This document shows, piece by piece, positions 39,502-50,762 of a stretch of DNA of 64,000 nucleotides (position 1 is the stretch's first letter; the number at the start of each line of letters is the position of its first letter). The stretch covers positions 14,913 to 78,912 of the forward strand of contig CANHNH010000001.1 in assembly GCA_947461995.1 (NCBI GenBank), given 5' to 3'. Source of the DNA: Candidatus Nanopelagicaceae bacterium. GTDB lineage: Bacteria; Actinomycetota; Actinomycetes; Nanopelagicales; Nanopelagicaceae. A model generated the notes under the pieces. It worked only from the letters and a program-made list of their open reading frames with translations, was not told where the DNA came from and did no database searches. The position numbers were made by a program, and so were the translations under genes.

Positions 39502-41403
39502 TTATTGCGAGAGAGTGAAGGGATCAAGTGCGATACTTACTGAACTTTTCTTAGAGATTGCTCTTTTGCGAGCTAATTCGTGCAAAAAAGCAGCTAAAAC
39601 CCCGCGGTTTTCCGCAGGAACGCTTACGACAATTTTCGTCTTCTCAGAATCTGAGTCATTAAGCCTAAAAATTTGAGAAGAAACAGGAAGACGCTCATCT
39701 TTTATACTTTTTATTAGACCATTGCGCAAAAGGATGGCATCCTGTTTTTCAATGGTAATAAGAGCAACGCTAGAAAATGGTGGTAAAAAAGCATCTTCAT
39801 TTTCACGTAGTATCTTTTTAACCAATCCAGCCGGATTCCATTTAGTGATAGCAGCAACTAATGGATGGAAACTATCCAAAATGATTAATACACTTCCTTT
39901 AGTATTTACATGCGATGCCGCTTCAAAGAATGATTCATAAACCAATTCCTCATATCGTGTACTTGTCGCGGCAAGAAATCTTTGACCCTCTAACAGAACA
40001 ACCGCCGAATAGTCCTTGGCGTTCCCAGGTATAGCTCCCGTTGTAGCTATAACAATCTTCGTCTTTTCTGCGACATCCTCCAGAATATTAGGTGCACTTG
40101 ATAATTGAATTGAAGTATTTGGGAAGGCTCTACCAATTTCCTCATGAAATCTATCGATTCCTCGGGCCGCAACATACCTCGTTGTTCCTTTGCACCAAGC
40201 ACACTGCCAATTCTTAACTGATGTACTACACACCGAACACACAGGATCGGAGTTTTGGCTGGTTACTACCAATCTACTGCCGCATTTACATAAAGCCATA
40301 TTCCTGCATTTAGCGCAAAGCAATGCATTTGCATATCCTTTTCGTGGAACAAGAAAAAGAACCGTTCCCTCACGTAGAAACTTTCGAATCTTCGGGATTA
40401 ATCGATCGGGTAATAATTCACCTTTAGTTTGAGGGAAAGCGAGCGTATTAAGGTTGGCTTTGGGTGCAACAAATTTTATTTCACGTGCTTCAATTTTTTG
40501 GGCCATTTCACAAGACGGTACATATCCAGTGAAATAAACGCTGACCTTTTCAATTTGAGCCCGCAAAAAAACACTATCACGCGTATTCCAATAAGGATGT
40601 TTCTTCTCAAAGTATTGTTCAGATTTTTCGAAACCTACGATGATTGAGTCTAGATCGTGAATAGGTGCGAACAAAGCACTTCTGTTTCCGATTACAAGCA
40701 CATTTTTCTCGAGGGATGTTCTTAAATAGTTTTCATATCGTTGCGCTCTGGGCAAAGAGGAATCCAACCTAATGAAATCGAAATCCAAATTTTTTACATC
40801 AAGAAGTTGTATAACCCGATCCACATCCTTGCTATCGGGCAGAAGAAGAAGTGTCGATCCGAGCTTCATTCTTTCAAGAGCCAGCTCAGCAATCTCCCTG
40901 TAAGCAGATTTATGCGGTGAATGCATTAAAAAGAAATTTTGCCGAGATTTTCTAAAAGAATTATCCTTTTCAACCTTCGCTAGGATCGAAGACTCAAAAC
41001 TTTTATCAACCGAAGCTACCCGAGATGGAATTCCTTGCTTGACCAAAGAATAAGGATCGCTGGCCCAATATTTAGCCATGAGTTGATAAAAATCAATCAA
41101 TGCTCTATTTGCCACAGGAATGTTACCGAGAACAGATTCAACAGTTTTTAGTTGCTCAATCGAATCTTGAGATTCGGTAATGTTAACAACTATGGCTTCG
41201 CAACTACGAGAATTGAATGGAACCTTAAGTCGGGATCCGACGTGAATATAATTCTTCTGCTCACTTGTGCAACGGTAAGAAAAAATACCATCCAAATGTG
41301 ACAAACCAGAATCAACCCATACGTTCACAACAGTGTGAGGATGAGCCTTCGATGGTTCTTTATAGGCTTCTCTTTTAAGGCGTAGCGGTTTTACGCTCTG
41401 CAT
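39502..41403 (-). CDS. priA: Primosomal protein N' (helicase-degenerate PriA)
   Basis: 3'BD (HLDGIFSY, VPF), PRKGY + four CxxC/CxC Zn motifs; metK-priA-def-fmt synteny. Confidence 0.85.
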   Translation of the reverse strand: MQSVKPLRLKREAYKEPSKAHPHTVVNVWVDSGLSHLDGIFSYRCTSEQKNYIHVGSRLKVPFNSRSCEAIVVNITESQDSIEQLKTVESVLGNIPVANRALIDFYQLMAKYWASDPYSLVKQGIPSRVASVDKSFESSILAKVEKDNSFRKSRQNFFLMHSPHKSAYREIAELALERMKLGSTLLLLPDSKDVDRVIQLLDVKNLDFDFIRLDSSLPRAQRYENYLRTSLEKNVLVIGNRSALFAPIHDLDSIIVGFEKSEQYFEKKHPYWNTRDSVFLRAQIEKVSVYFTGYVPSCEMAQKIEAREIKFVAPKANLNTLAFPQTKGELLPDRLIPKIRKFLREGTVLFLVPRKGYANALLCAKCRNMALCKCGSRLVVTSQNSDPVCSVCSTSVKNWQCAWCKGTTRYVAARGIDRFHEEIGRAFPNTSIQLSSAPNILEDVAEKTKIVIATTGAIPGNAKDYSAVVLLEGQRFLAATSTRYEELVYESFFEAASHVNTKGSVLIILDSFHPLVAAITKWNPAGLVKKILRENEDAFLPPFSSVALITIEKQDAILLRNGLIKSIKDERLPVSSQIFRLNDSDSEKTKIVVSVPAENRGVLAAFLHELARKRAISKKSSVSIALDPFTLSQ

Positions 41404-41417
41404 TGGATAAACAGAAT

Positions 41418-42608
41418 TTATTGGATCGCTGCGCGCAAAGCTTCGACGCGACTCGTTGACTCCCACGTAAATTCTTTTAACTCGCGTCCGAAGTGTCCAT
41501 AGGCACTTGTTTTGGAGTAAATAGGACGTAGTAGATCAAGATCTCGAATAATTGCAGCGGGGCGTAGATCAAAAACTTGTAAAACTGCATCTTGAATTCT
41601 GTCTACAGGCACGGATTCGGTACCAAAAGTTTCAACAAAAAGACCAACAGGTTGAGCTTTACCAATCGCATACGCCACTTGAACTTCACATCTGCGAGCA
41701 AACCCTGCAGCGACAACATTTTTTGCAACCCAGCGCATAGCATAAGCAGCAGATCGATCAACCTTTGAAGGATCTTTGCCGCTAAATGCTCCGCCGCCAT
41801 GGCGTGCCATTCCACCATAAGTATCAACAATAATTTTTCGACCCGTTAATCCTGCATCACCCATCGGTCCACCGATCACAAATCTACCTGTTGGATTTAT
41901 GAGTATCTTCAATTCATTCTTAGGCAAATCTATTTTTTCAAGGATCGGATTAATAACCTGCTCAATTATTTCAGGAGTGAGTTGTTTTCCTACTGAAACT
42001 TCCTCAGAGTGTTGCGAAGAAATAACGACAGTATTTAGAGCAATGGCCTTATCACCTTCGTACTCAATTGTTACTTGAGTTTTTCCATCCGGACGAAGAT
42101 AAGGCAAAGCTCCAGACTTACGGACTTTAGCAAGTTGTGCCGCCAACTCGTGTGCTAACCAAATTGGTAAAGGCATCAACTCTTTTGTGTCATCGCAGGC
42201 GTAACCAAACATCAAGCCTTGGTCACCTGCACCTTGCAGATCTAAAGGGTCAACGGAAGAGGAAACACGATTTTCATATGCATCATCGACACCTTGAGCA
42301 ATATCTTGGGATTGTTGACCGATAGAAACCGAGACCCCGCAAGAGTTACCGTCAAAACCTTTGGCAGATGAGTCATACCCAATATTTAGAACAGTTTCAC
42401 GAATTATTCCCGTTACATCTGCATAAGCATCAGTAGTTACTTCACCAGCAACGTGAACCTGTCCTGTGGTGATCAGTGTTTCGACCGCAACTCTCGATTT
42501 TTTATCTTGCCCAATAAGGGAGTCTAAAATCGCATCAGAAATCTGATCAGCGATCTTGTCTGGGTGACCCTCAGTCACTGATTCGGATGTAAATAGTCTC
42601 TTAGCCAT
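41418..42608 (-). CDS. metK: S-adenosylmethionine synthetase
   Basis: [28 protein letters not shown]. Confidence 0.98.
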   Translation of the reverse strand: MAKRLFTSESVTEGHPDKIADQISDAILDSLIGQDKKSRVAVETLITTGQVHVAGEVTTDAYADVTGIIRETVLNIGYDSSAKGFDGNSCGVSVSIGQQSQDIAQGVDDAYENRVSSSVDPLDLQGAGDQGLMFGYACDDTKELMPLPIWLAHELAAQLAKVRKSGALPYLRPDGKTQVTIEYEGDKAIALNTVVISSQHSEEVSVGKQLTPEIIEQVINPILEKIDLPKNELKILINPTGRFVIGGPMGDAGLTGRKIIVDTYGGMARHGGGAFSGKDPSKVDRSAAYAMRWVAKNVVAAGFARRCEVQVAYAIGKAQPVGLFVETFGTESVPVDRIQDAVLQVFDLRPAAIIRDLDLLRPIYSKTSAYGHFGRELKEFTWESTSRVEALRAAIQ

Positions 42609-43800
42609 TGGCATAACTTAACCTAGAAACCACATTATCGAGAATAATTCTGGCTACTTTGGCCTTGGAAGTTTGCTCAATAGGTGTGCTGTTGCCCTCG
42701 GAACTTATCAAGAATCCTGCACTTAAATCTGAAGAGAATATCGCCCCATCTGATACATCGTTAACGTAGATGAAATCCAAATTCTTGGCCTTTAGTTTGG
42801 CACGGCCAGACTCTTCAACATCCGAAGTTTCAGCTGCAAATCCAACAATCAATTGCGAATCATTCGCGGAGGAACTTAAGTCGGCAAGAATATCCTCGTT
42901 CGCAATTAGATCAATCGAATTAAATTCCTTCTTCTTAATTTTCTCGGCAGATGAAAAGGCTGGCTTTGCATCAGCAACAGCAGCAGACATCACTAATACG
43001 TCACAATCCGGCATTTTCTTCTTCAGCACAGAATGCATCTGCTCGGCAGTTTCCACTCGAATAGTTTCGATGCCTGCTACGTCTGAAATATTTGAATTAG
43101 CAAGAACCAAAGAGACTTCGGCTCCCCTATTTCGCGCTTCTACAGCGATGGCGACACCTTGTTTTCCAGAACTGCGATTTCCAATGAATCGAACTGGATC
43201 TATCGATTCTCGTGTACCGCCAGCTGAAATAAGGAACTTCTTGCCCTCTAAATCTTGCTCTGAACCAATCTGAGATAAAAACTTGGAAATAATTTCTGAT
43301 GTTTCAGGAAATCTTCCTATTCCTGAATCTTCACCCGTAAGGCGACCATTATCAGGATTCATAATTTCAAATCCACGCGCTTTCAGAATTTTTACATTCT
43401 CTTGGGTACTCTCATTGAGCCACATGTTCGGATGCATCGCGGGTACCAAGAATTTTGGTGCTTTACTCGCAGAGACAATATTTGTTAATAAATCTTCAGC
43501 TCTTCCTTGAGCTAATCTGGCGAGGAGATCTGCAGTTACTGGAGCAATTATTATCGCTTCAGCAAGATCTGCCAGAGAAATATGTTTCACCTGCTCGACT
43601 TTTTCCCACACCTGCGTTGTCACACTGCGACCTGATAATGCTTCCCATGTTGCAGTTCCAACAAAATTTAAACTAGATGGCGTTGGAACAACCGTGATCG
43701 CGAAATCGAGATCTTGAAGTCGCCTGAGAAGCTCGCAGGATTTATATGCGGCAATTCCGCCACCAACTCCGAGAATAATCTCTCGCTTGGCACTACTCAT
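42601..43800 (-). CDS. coaBC: Phosphopantothenoylcysteine decarboxylase/ligase
   Basis: [35 protein letters not shown]. Confidence 0.96.
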   Translation of the reverse strand: MSSAKREIILGVGGGIAAYKSCELLRRLQDLDFAITVVPTPSSLNFVGTATWEALSGRSVTTQVWEKVEQVKHISLADLAEAIIIAPVTADLLARLAQGRAEDLLTNIVSASKAPKFLVPAMHPNMWLNESTQENVKILKARGFEIMNPDNGRLTGEDSGIGRFPETSEIISKFLSQIGSEQDLEGKKFLISAGGTRESIDPVRFIGNRSSGKQGVAIAVEARNRGAEVSLVLANSNISDVAGIETIRVETAEQMHSVLKKKMPDCDVLVMSAAVADAKPAFSSAEKIKKKEFNSIDLIANEDILADLSSSANDSQLIVGFAAETSDVEESGRAKLKAKNLDFIYVNDVSDGAIFSSDLSAGFLISSEGNSTPIEQTSKAKVARIILDNVVSRLSYANG

Positions 43801-43811
43801 TTTTTAGCGAA

Positions 43812-44060
43812 TTAAGCTGTTGGTTCGAGATTTTCGATTGTTAACAAACCTTCATTGATTTCACGCAAAGCAATCGAAAGTGGCTTCTCGTGAACATGAG
43901 TTTCAACCAGCGGTCCAACGTATTCAAGTAAACCTTCACCCAGTTGAGAATAATATGCATTGATCTGACGAGCACGCTTTGCTGCATAAAGTACGAGGCT
44001 GTATTTCGAACCGCTCTTATCTAATAATTCATCAATAGGTGGATTTGTAATTCCGTCCAT
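43812..44060 (-). CDS. rpoZ: RNA polymerase omega subunit
   Basis: [35 protein letters not shown]; SD GAGGAG. Confidence 0.97.
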   Translation of the reverse strand: MDGITNPPIDELLDKSGSKYSLVLYAAKRARQINAYYSQLGEGLLEYVGPLVETHVHEKPLSIALREINEGLLTIENLEPTA

Positions 44061-44098
44061 TGCTATAGCTCCTCGTTGCTTAAATTATGGAATAGGCC

Positions 44099-44968
44099 CT
44101 AGTGGGCAGAGGCTAAGGATAACAGTTTCTGCACGACGCTCTCGACCTGATCATTTATGAGGCGATGATCGAAAAAAGAGGCTGCCTCAAGCTCTTCTTG
44201 AGCGAGTTGCAGGCGTTCGGCTCTTCTTTGTGGGGAATCCGTGGCACGCCTTTCAAGACGTGAAACGAGTTCTTCCCATGAAGGTGGCTCAAGAAATACA
44301 AGTATCGCTTCTGGGGCATGAGCTCTTACTTGTTTGGCGCCTTCGATATCAATTTCTAACAAAACATTCTTACCTAAGGACAATTCTGTTTCTACCGGTT
44401 CACGTGGAGTTCCGTATCTAGCGCCTGCAAAATGTGCCCACTCTAAGAAATGATCCATTGCTATTTCTTCATCAAATTTTTCATCTGATAAAAAATAGTA
44501 TTCAACACCATTTTTCTCATTCACCCGCGGTTTACGAGTTGTAGATGAGACGCTCACCCAAAATGCGCCATGCTTGCGTATGTAAGCAGCAATCGTGCTT
44601 TTGCCAACTCCCCCAGGGCCTGAAAGAACGACCAACTTACCGCGCGCGGTCGTGGGACTAAATTCATTTCGTAAAGCAGCCATTTGATGTTTGCCCAAAC
44701 CCTGAATTCGCCGTGTCGGTGAAATGTTCAACCGCTCCATGATTGCGTTGGCCCGTATTTTGCCCACGCCATTTAGTGCTGCCAATAATTCAGCTACTCG
44801 CATCTTTGCAATAACGGGATCATTTTGAGCCAGATTGAAAATCTGCGTTAGAGAGAGCTCACCTGATTTTATTTTTGATTTAGCTGACGATCGAATTTGC
44901 CTAGATTCCTTCGCTTTAACAAGTGCCGCACTGCGTTGATCTGCAGTTAATTGTGGCGGTAGTCCCAT
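44099..44968 (-). CDS. gmk: Fusion: actinobacterial integration host factor (mIHF) + guanylate kinase
   Basis: aa1-103 mIHF (LPPQLTADQRSAAL..KMRVAELL..GVGKIRA..RRIQGLG), then Gmk (SGPGGVGKS, SSTTRKPR, EIDIEGA, PPSWEEL). Confidence 0.92.
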   Translation of the reverse strand: MGLPPQLTADQRSAALVKAKESRQIRSSAKSKIKSGELSLTQIFNLAQNDPVIAKMRVAELLAALNGVGKIRANAIMERLNISPTRRIQGLGKHQMAALRNEFSPTTARGKLVVLSGPGGVGKSTIAAYIRKHGAFWVSVSSTTRKPRVNEKNGVEYYFLSDEKFDEEIAMDHFLEWAHFAGARYGTPREPVETELSLGKNVLLEIDIEGAKQVRAHAPEAILVFLEPPSWEELVSRLERRATDSPQRRAERLQLAQEELEAASFFDHRLINDQVESVVQKLLSLASAH

Positions 44969-44996
44969 GTGCATAATCTAGTGGAAAAGGAAGAAA

Positions 44997-45707
44997 TTAA
45001 GAATTAAGAATTTCTACTGATATTTCACGTGCTCGCTTACCTATCTCAACTCCTGTTGGTTCCCAGGCACTAGTGATTGGTCTACCTATAACAACATAGT
45101 TTGCACCCGCTGCGATCGCCTGCGATGGTGTCATGGTGCGACTTTGATCATCTGTACCCATCATTGATAGAGGGCGTACGCCAGGGGTAATAATCAAGCT
45201 TTCTTTGCCAATTACAGAACGAATCTTCATAGTTTCTAGTGGCGAACAAACAATGGCGCTCGCACCAGATGCCACCGCTAATTGAGCTAGATCCGTAGCA
45301 GACTGAATAGTTGATTTCGCAAAACCAATTGAGGCAACATCTGCTTCAGATAATGAGGTCAGAATTGTTACCGCCGTGATGTGTGTATTGGGTGCGCCAG
45401 CCACAGCTGCTTTCACCATCGCGCTTCCCCCGCTTGCATGCACCGTTAAAAATAATGGATCTAAAAGCGCCGCACTCTTGGCTGCGTGTTCGACAGTGTT
45501 AGGAATATCGTGCAGCTTTAAATCCAGAAATATTTTGGCATCTGAATTCTCTGTAATAGCCCGAACGCCCTCTTTGCCAAAATTGAGAAAAAATTCGAGG
45601 CCCAATTTAAAAACACTGACGTATTCACTTGTATGAGCAATCCACGATTTGGCAAGCTCCAAATCGGAGGTATCTACAGCAAGAATTATCGGTGCTTTGG
45701 CACTCAT
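44997..45707 (-). CDS. pyrF: Orotidine-5'-phosphate decarboxylase
   Basis: DLKLHDIPNT, TPGVRP, DDQSR, GRPI. Confidence 0.96.
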   Translation of the reverse strand: MSAKAPIILAVDTSDLELAKSWIAHTSEYVSVFKLGLEFFLNFGKEGVRAITENSDAKIFLDLKLHDIPNTVEHAAKSAALLDPLFLTVHASGGSAMVKAAVAGAPNTHITAVTILTSLSEADVASIGFAKSTIQSATDLAQLAVASGASAIVCSPLETMKIRSVIGKESLIITPGVRPLSMMGTDDQSRTMTPSQAIAAGANYVVIGRPITSAWEPTGVEIGKRAREISVEILNS

Positions 45708-46651
45708 GGTGTTTCACTGGATTCCGCGATTGGTCGGTGCGCATAACCAACAGCTTGAGCAACTGATGTAAAACCTCGAGCTTTAAGTAATTCAATAAGT
45801 TCATTTTGAATCGTAATAATGGCTGCTGGATCTCCGAAAGATGCAGTTCCGATTGGAACTCCTTTAGCACCAGCTAAAATTAACTCGAGTGCATCACGTC
45901 CACTAGAAACCCCACCCATTCCCAAAATTGGAATATTAGGTAGTGCTTCATGAACTTGATAGATAGCACGAACTGCGATTGGTCTAATCGCTGGCCCAGA
46001 CAAACCACCAGTTTTGCCCCCCAAATGCGGACGCATCGTGTCTAAATTTATAACCATTGATAAAACAGTATTAATCAGTGCTAAACCATCAGCACCTGCA
46101 TCAACAACACCTTTTGCAATAGAAACTAAATCTGTTACATCGGGTGATAACTTTGCGATAATCGGCAATTCACCACCAAGTGTTTTTCTGACTCCGTCTA
46201 TTACTCTTCTCGACGCATCAGGGTCGCATGCAAAAACTAAACCGCGGTTTTCTACGTTGGGACATGAGATGTTTACTTCTAGTGCACTTATTCCAGGAGC
46301 AGATCTAACTTTGCGAGCAAGAGTTGCATATTCTTCAACGGTTTCTCCTGCTATTGAAACAATTACACGGGCTTTCTGACTGACCAACCAAGGTAAATCA
46401 TGGGCTAAGAACGCGTCTATTCCGGGACCTTGCAAACCAATTGAATTAATCATTCCACTGGGAGTTTCAGCCATTCTTGGAGTAGGTCTACCGTGACGCG
46501 GTTTACTCATTACAGACTTAGTAACGACGGCGCCTATTTCTCGCAAATCTATGAATTGCGCTAACTCTTTTCCTGAACTCGCACAGCCACTTGCAGTAAA
46601 TAAAGGTGAAGGAAACCATGCGTTCCCAAGAGTTGTCGATAGATCGATCAT
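45704..46651 (-). CDS. pyrD: Dihydroorotate dehydrogenase class 1B catalytic subunit
   Basis: TASGC, NSIGLQGPG, NISCPN (Cys base), GGLSGPAI. Confidence 0.94.
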   Translation of the reverse strand: MIDLSTTLGNAWFPSPLFTASGCASSGKELAQFIDLREIGAVVTKSVMSKPRHGRPTPRMAETPSGMINSIGLQGPGIDAFLAHDLPWLVSQKARVIVSIAGETVEEYATLARKVRSAPGISALEVNISCPNVENRGLVFACDPDASRRVIDGVRKTLGGELPIIAKLSPDVTDLVSIAKGVVDAGADGLALINTVLSMVINLDTMRPHLGGKTGGLSGPAIRPIAVRAIYQVHEALPNIPILGMGGVSSGRDALELILAGAKGVPIGTASFGDPAAIITIQNELIELLKARGFTSVAQAVGYAHRPIAESSETP

Positions 46652-47496
46652 GAATGAGCCTCAGGTATTTTTCCAACCAAGTCCCATGCCACATGTGATC
46701 CATCCATTACTGGCCCGTCAATGCACGAGCGCTTCATAGAAATATTTCCCTCGGCGTCGTTAACGGGTAATACACATGTCATGCAAATACCGACACCACA
46801 AGCCATAGATTCTTCTACTGCACATTGATGAACAACATCACTTCCGGCCACTATTTCAGAAATCGCACGCAGCATTGGCATCGGACCGCATGAATAGATT
46901 ACATCTACTAATCCATCGGCAATTAACCCAGGAATTGGTTCGGTTACACGACCTCTTTCGCCCATGGAACCATCTTCGGTATAAATTTTTAGAACATTAA
47001 CCGAGCGTTTGCCCTCCATGGGAGCGTAGATTTTTCCGCCAGTACTAGCGCCTAAATACATATCAACTCGGCAACCTCTGCTTTTCAAAACCTCCGCTAA
47101 TCCAAACAACGGTGCTGATCCATATCCACCACCAATTAATAAAGCGCGCACCGGTTCTGTTGGAATTCCAAATGCGGTACCTAATGGCGCAATCACATCA
47201 ATTTCTGCGCCTTCGATCTGTGAACATAACCACTTACTGCCTTGACCAAATGGAGCAACGATTAATTCCATAGATCCACCATACGGTCCTGTTGTAGACA
47301 CTCGTGAAATCGCAAACGCTCTACGAAGAATCATTTTCGCATTATCTCCACCAACTTTTATTGCAACAAAGTTACCGGGCTTACAGTTGTTTACTAATTG
47401 ACCTACATTGAGCAGAATTTGATGGTATTGGCCGACACGTTTATTTGAGACGACGGTTGCGTAAAATTTCTCAGAAGACTTGTTAATAGTAGACAT
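46648..47496 (-). CDS. pyrK: Dihydroorotate dehydrogenase electron transfer subunit
   Basis: LRRAFAI, GGGYG, CGPMPM, MACGVGICMTC..C [2Fe-2S]. Confidence 0.93.
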   Translation of the reverse strand: MSTINKSSEKFYATVVSNKRVGQYHQILLNVGQLVNNCKPGNFVAIKVGGDNAKMILRRAFAISRVSTTGPYGGSMELIVAPFGQGSKWLCSQIEGAEIDVIAPLGTAFGIPTEPVRALLIGGGYGSAPLFGLAEVLKSRGCRVDMYLGASTGGKIYAPMEGKRSVNVLKIYTEDGSMGERGRVTEPIPGLIADGLVDVIYSCGPMPMLRAISEIVAGSDVVHQCAVEESMACGVGICMTCVLPVNDAEGNISMKRSCIDGPVMDGSHVAWDLVGKIPEAHS

Positions 47497-47498
47497 AC

Positions 47499-50400
47499 TC
47501 AGGCTAGCCAACTCTGAATTGATCTAATTGACAACTCTTCACGCTGTAAGGATTTAATACCTTCAACGGCTGCTTTGAAACCCGCAGTTGTGGTGATGCA
47601 CGGTATAGATCTTTGAACCGCTGCTGTTCTGATAAGCCATCCATCTTGACGTGTTCCACGTCCAACTGGAGTATTAATGATGAGATCTATTTGGCCTGAA
47701 TTAATCAATTCCACGATCGTCTTTTCTCCTAAGGGGCCCGTGCCTTCAGAATGTTTACGAACTCTGGTGCATGGAATTGCTTTTGTGGCAAGAACATCTG
47801 CCGTTCCACCAGTTGCCAGAATACTAAAACCAATACGAGATAGATCATATGCAGCTTGAATTCCCTGTTGCTTATCCTTATCAGCCAAACTAACGAAAAC
47901 CGTTCCATTTTTTGGAAGAGCACCAAAAGCACTTATCTGAGATTTCGCATAACTTTCACCAAATGAATTTGAAATACCCATAACTTCTCCCGTGGAACGC
48001 ATTTCTGGTCCAAGAACTGCGTCTACTCCCCGACCATCGGTTCTACGAAATCTATTCCACGGCAACACAGCCTCTTTTACAGAAATACCCTTTGCGACGC
48101 CATCGCCATCTTTTGGAAGCAAGCCTTCGGCGCGCAGTTGAGAAATAGTTGCTCCCACAGCTAAGCGAGCGGCGGCCTTCGCCAATGCAACTCCCGTTGC
48201 TTTACTCACAAACGGAACAGTTCTTGAAGCGCGAGGGTTAGCTTCTAAAACAAATAATTGAGAATCACTCATTGCAAATTGAATATTGATCAAACCAACA
48301 ACACCGACTGCTTTGGCAATCTTATTTGTCGCTACTTTAATTTCTGAGATTTGCTTGGAATTAAGAGACATAGATGGCAAAACACAGGCGCTATCACCAG
48401 AATGGATTCCAGCTTCTTCAATGTGTTCCATAACTCCGCCCAAAAAAAGTTCGTTACCATCAAAGAGTGCATCAACATCAATTTCGATGGCGCTATCTAA
48501 GAATCGATCTACAAGTACAGGGTGATCGGGAGTGATATCCGTTGCCCGAGAAATGAAACCTGCAAGAGATTCATCATCGTAAACGATTTCCATCCCTCGC
48601 CCACCCAGAACAAAGGAAGGTCTAACTAAAACTGGATATCCGATTCGTTGCGCAATTGTTAATGCCTCTTGCTCAGATGCTGCCATTCCATACTCAGGTG
48701 CACGTAGATCAACATTTTTCAATATTTCACCAAATGCGCCACGTTCTTCGGCCAAGTTAATGGCTTCAGGACTAGTACCAAGAATTGTAACTCCAGCTTC
48801 CTTTAATCCAGCAGCAAGTCCGAGTGGAGTTTGGCCTCCAAGTTGAGTGATAACGCCAAGAACTGGGCCCGCCAATGTTTCTGCATGAATAACTTCAAGT
48901 ACATCTTCTAGTGTTAATGGTTCAAAGTACAAACGATCACTCGTGTCATAGTCAGTTGAAACTGTTTCTGGATTGCAATTGATCATTATTGTTTCGTAAT
49001 CACTTGCTTGCAGTGCGAAACTAGCATGAACACAAGAATAATCAAATTCGATACCTTGCCCAATTCGATTTGGTCCACTACCCAGAATAATCACGGCAGG
49101 TTTGGAACGAGTTTTAACCTCTGTTTCTTCTTCATAACTTGAATAATGATAAGGAGTAAAAGCTTCAAACTCCGCGGCACAGGTGTCCACTGTTTTATAG
49201 ACGGGGTGTATATCCAAGTGATTTCTGGTGCGTCGTACATCATCTTCAGTTAGTGATCTAAGTTGAGCAATCTGTGAATCTGAGAAACCTAAACTTTTAG
49301 CGCTACGAATCACTTCACTATTTAATTCACCTGGTTGCGACAATAACTCGGCCCGCTGATTAATAATTTCAATTTGCTGCAAGTACCATGGATCAATCTT
49401 GGTTGACGTATGTACTTGCTCAATACTCGCCCCGGCCCACATTGCCAATTGCACTTGTTGCAAACGATATTCTGTGGGGATGGACATTTTCGATAGAAGA
49501 TCATTCATGTTAATCGATTTTTTATTCACAGGAAAACTAAAGATCGCCTCTTTGCGTTCAAGGGAACGTAACGCCTTCATGAGTGCTTCTGGAAAACTTC
49601 GTCCAATTGCCATAGCTTCGCCAACACTTTTCATCGTTGTAGTGAGCCGAGGATCAGCATCAGCGAATTTCTCAAAAGCAAAACGCGGAACCTTGACTAC
49701 TACATAATCAAGAGTTGGTTCAAAAGACGCTGGCGTTACCGCGGTGATGTCGTTACGAATCTCATCTAGGGTGTATCCGATAGCTAATTTGGTTGCAATC
49801 TTGGCTATGGGAAAGCCCGTGGCTTTGGAAGCTAAAGCACTAGACCTTGAAACGCGTGGATTCATTTCAATAACAATAATTCGACCATTTGTTGGATTTA
49901 CAGCAAATTGGATATTGCAGCCGCCGGTATCAACTCCAACCTCACGAATAATTGCGATAGATAGATCACGCAATTTTTGATATTCAACATCGGTTAAAGT
50001 CAAGGCAGGTGCCACTGTAATTGAATCCCCCGTGTGAACTCCCATGGGATCTAAATTTTCGATACTGCATACGATCACAACGTTATCTGTTTTATCACGC
50101 ATTACTTCAAGTTCGTACTCTTTCCAGCCTAATATTGATTCTTCTAGCAAAACTTCAGAAGTTGGACTGTGACGTAATCCAGCTCCACCAATTAATTTAA
50201 GTTCATCTTCAGTAAATGCGATTCCCGAACCTAAACCACCCATAGTAAAAGATGGGCGAACTACTACAGGATACTTCAGCGTTTTAACAGCTTCCAAAGC
50301 TTGATCCATAGTGTGACAAATTACTGATTTAGCGCTGTGACCACCAATTTTTTCAACGATGCCTCGAAAAAGTTCTCTATTTTCTCCGCGTTTGATAGCA

Positions 50401-50762
50401 TCAACATCTGCACCAATTAACTTCACACCATACTTTGCAAGGGTGCCTAATTCGTATAAACCTATCGCGGCATTGAGAGCGGTTTGACCTCCCAGGGTTG
50501 CCAAAACAGCATCCGGTTTTTCCTTGATAATGATTCGTTCAATGAACTCTGGTGTAATCGGTTCGATGTATGTTGCGTCGGCAAATTCAGGATCTGTCAT
50601 AATTGTTGCAGGGTTTGAATTCACTAGAATTACGCGAATTCCTTCTGCGCGTAAAACACGACACGCTTGCGTACCAGAGTAATCAAATTCGCATGCTTGC
50701 CCGATAACTATTGGCCCGCTGCCGATGACCAGTACGCTCTTGATTGAAATATCAACAGGCAT
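47499..50762 (-). CDS. carB: Carbamoyl-phosphate synthase large subunit
   Basis: [17 protein letters not shown], duplicated ATP-grasp, MGS domain. Confidence 0.98.
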   Translation of the reverse strand: MPVDISIKSVLVIGSGPIVIGQACEFDYSGTQACRVLRAEGIRVILVNSNPATIMTDPEFADATYIEPITPEFIERIIIKEKPDAVLATLGGQTALNAAIGLYELGTLAKYGVKLIGADVDAIKRGENRELFRGIVEKIGGHSAKSVICHTMDQALEAVKTLKYPVVVRPSFTMGGLGSGIAFTEDELKLIGGAGLRHSPTSEVLLEESILGWKEYELEVMRDKTDNVVIVCSIENLDPMGVHTGDSITVAPALTLTDVEYQKLRDLSIAIIREVGVDTGGCNIQFAVNPTNGRIIVIEMNPRVSRSSALASKATGFPIAKIATKLAIGYTLDEIRNDITAVTPASFEPTLDYVVVKVPRFAFEKFADADPRLTTTMKSVGEAMAIGRSFPEALMKALRSLERKEAIFSFPVNKKSINMNDLLSKMSIPTEYRLQQVQLAMWAGASIEQVHTSTKIDPWYLQQIEIINQRAELLSQPGELNSEVIRSAKSLGFSDSQIAQLRSLTEDDVRRTRNHLDIHPVYKTVDTCAAEFEAFTPYHYSSYEEETEVKTRSKPAVIILGSGPNRIGQGIEFDYSCVHASFALQASDYETIMINCNPETVSTDYDTSDRLYFEPLTLEDVLEVIHAETLAGPVLGVITQLGGQTPLGLAAGLKEAGVTILGTSPEAINLAEERGAFGEILKNVDLRAPEYGMAASEQEALTIAQRIGYPVLVRPSFVLGGRGMEIVYDDESLAGFISRATDITPDHPVLVDRFLDSAIEIDVDALFDGNELFLGGVMEHIEEAGIHSGDSACVLPSMSLNSKQISEIKVATNKIAKAVGVVGLINIQFAMSDSQLFVLEANPRASRTVPFVSKATGVALAKAAARLAVGATISQLRAEGLLPKDGDGVAKGISVKEAVLPWNRFRRTDGRGVDAVLGPEMRSTGEVMGISNSFGESYAKSQISAFGALPKNGTVFVSLADKDKQQGIQAAYDLSRIGFSILATGGTADVLATKAIPCTRVRKHSEGTGPLGEKTIVELINSGQIDLIINTPVGRGTRQDGWLIRTAAVQRSIPCITTTAGFKAAVEGIKSLQREELSIRSIQSWLA

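Noticed and set aside
42770-43273. 167-aa plus-strand ORF and many other short antisense or out-of-frame ORFs
   Set aside because: Shadow ORFs fully overlapping well-supported genes, with no recognisable motifs
44660-44670. ATGA at the mIHF/Gmk junction as a hidden stop-start overlap
   Set aside because: Both the ATG and the TGA are out of frame with both domains, and LRNEF matches the normal mIHF end in the continuous frame
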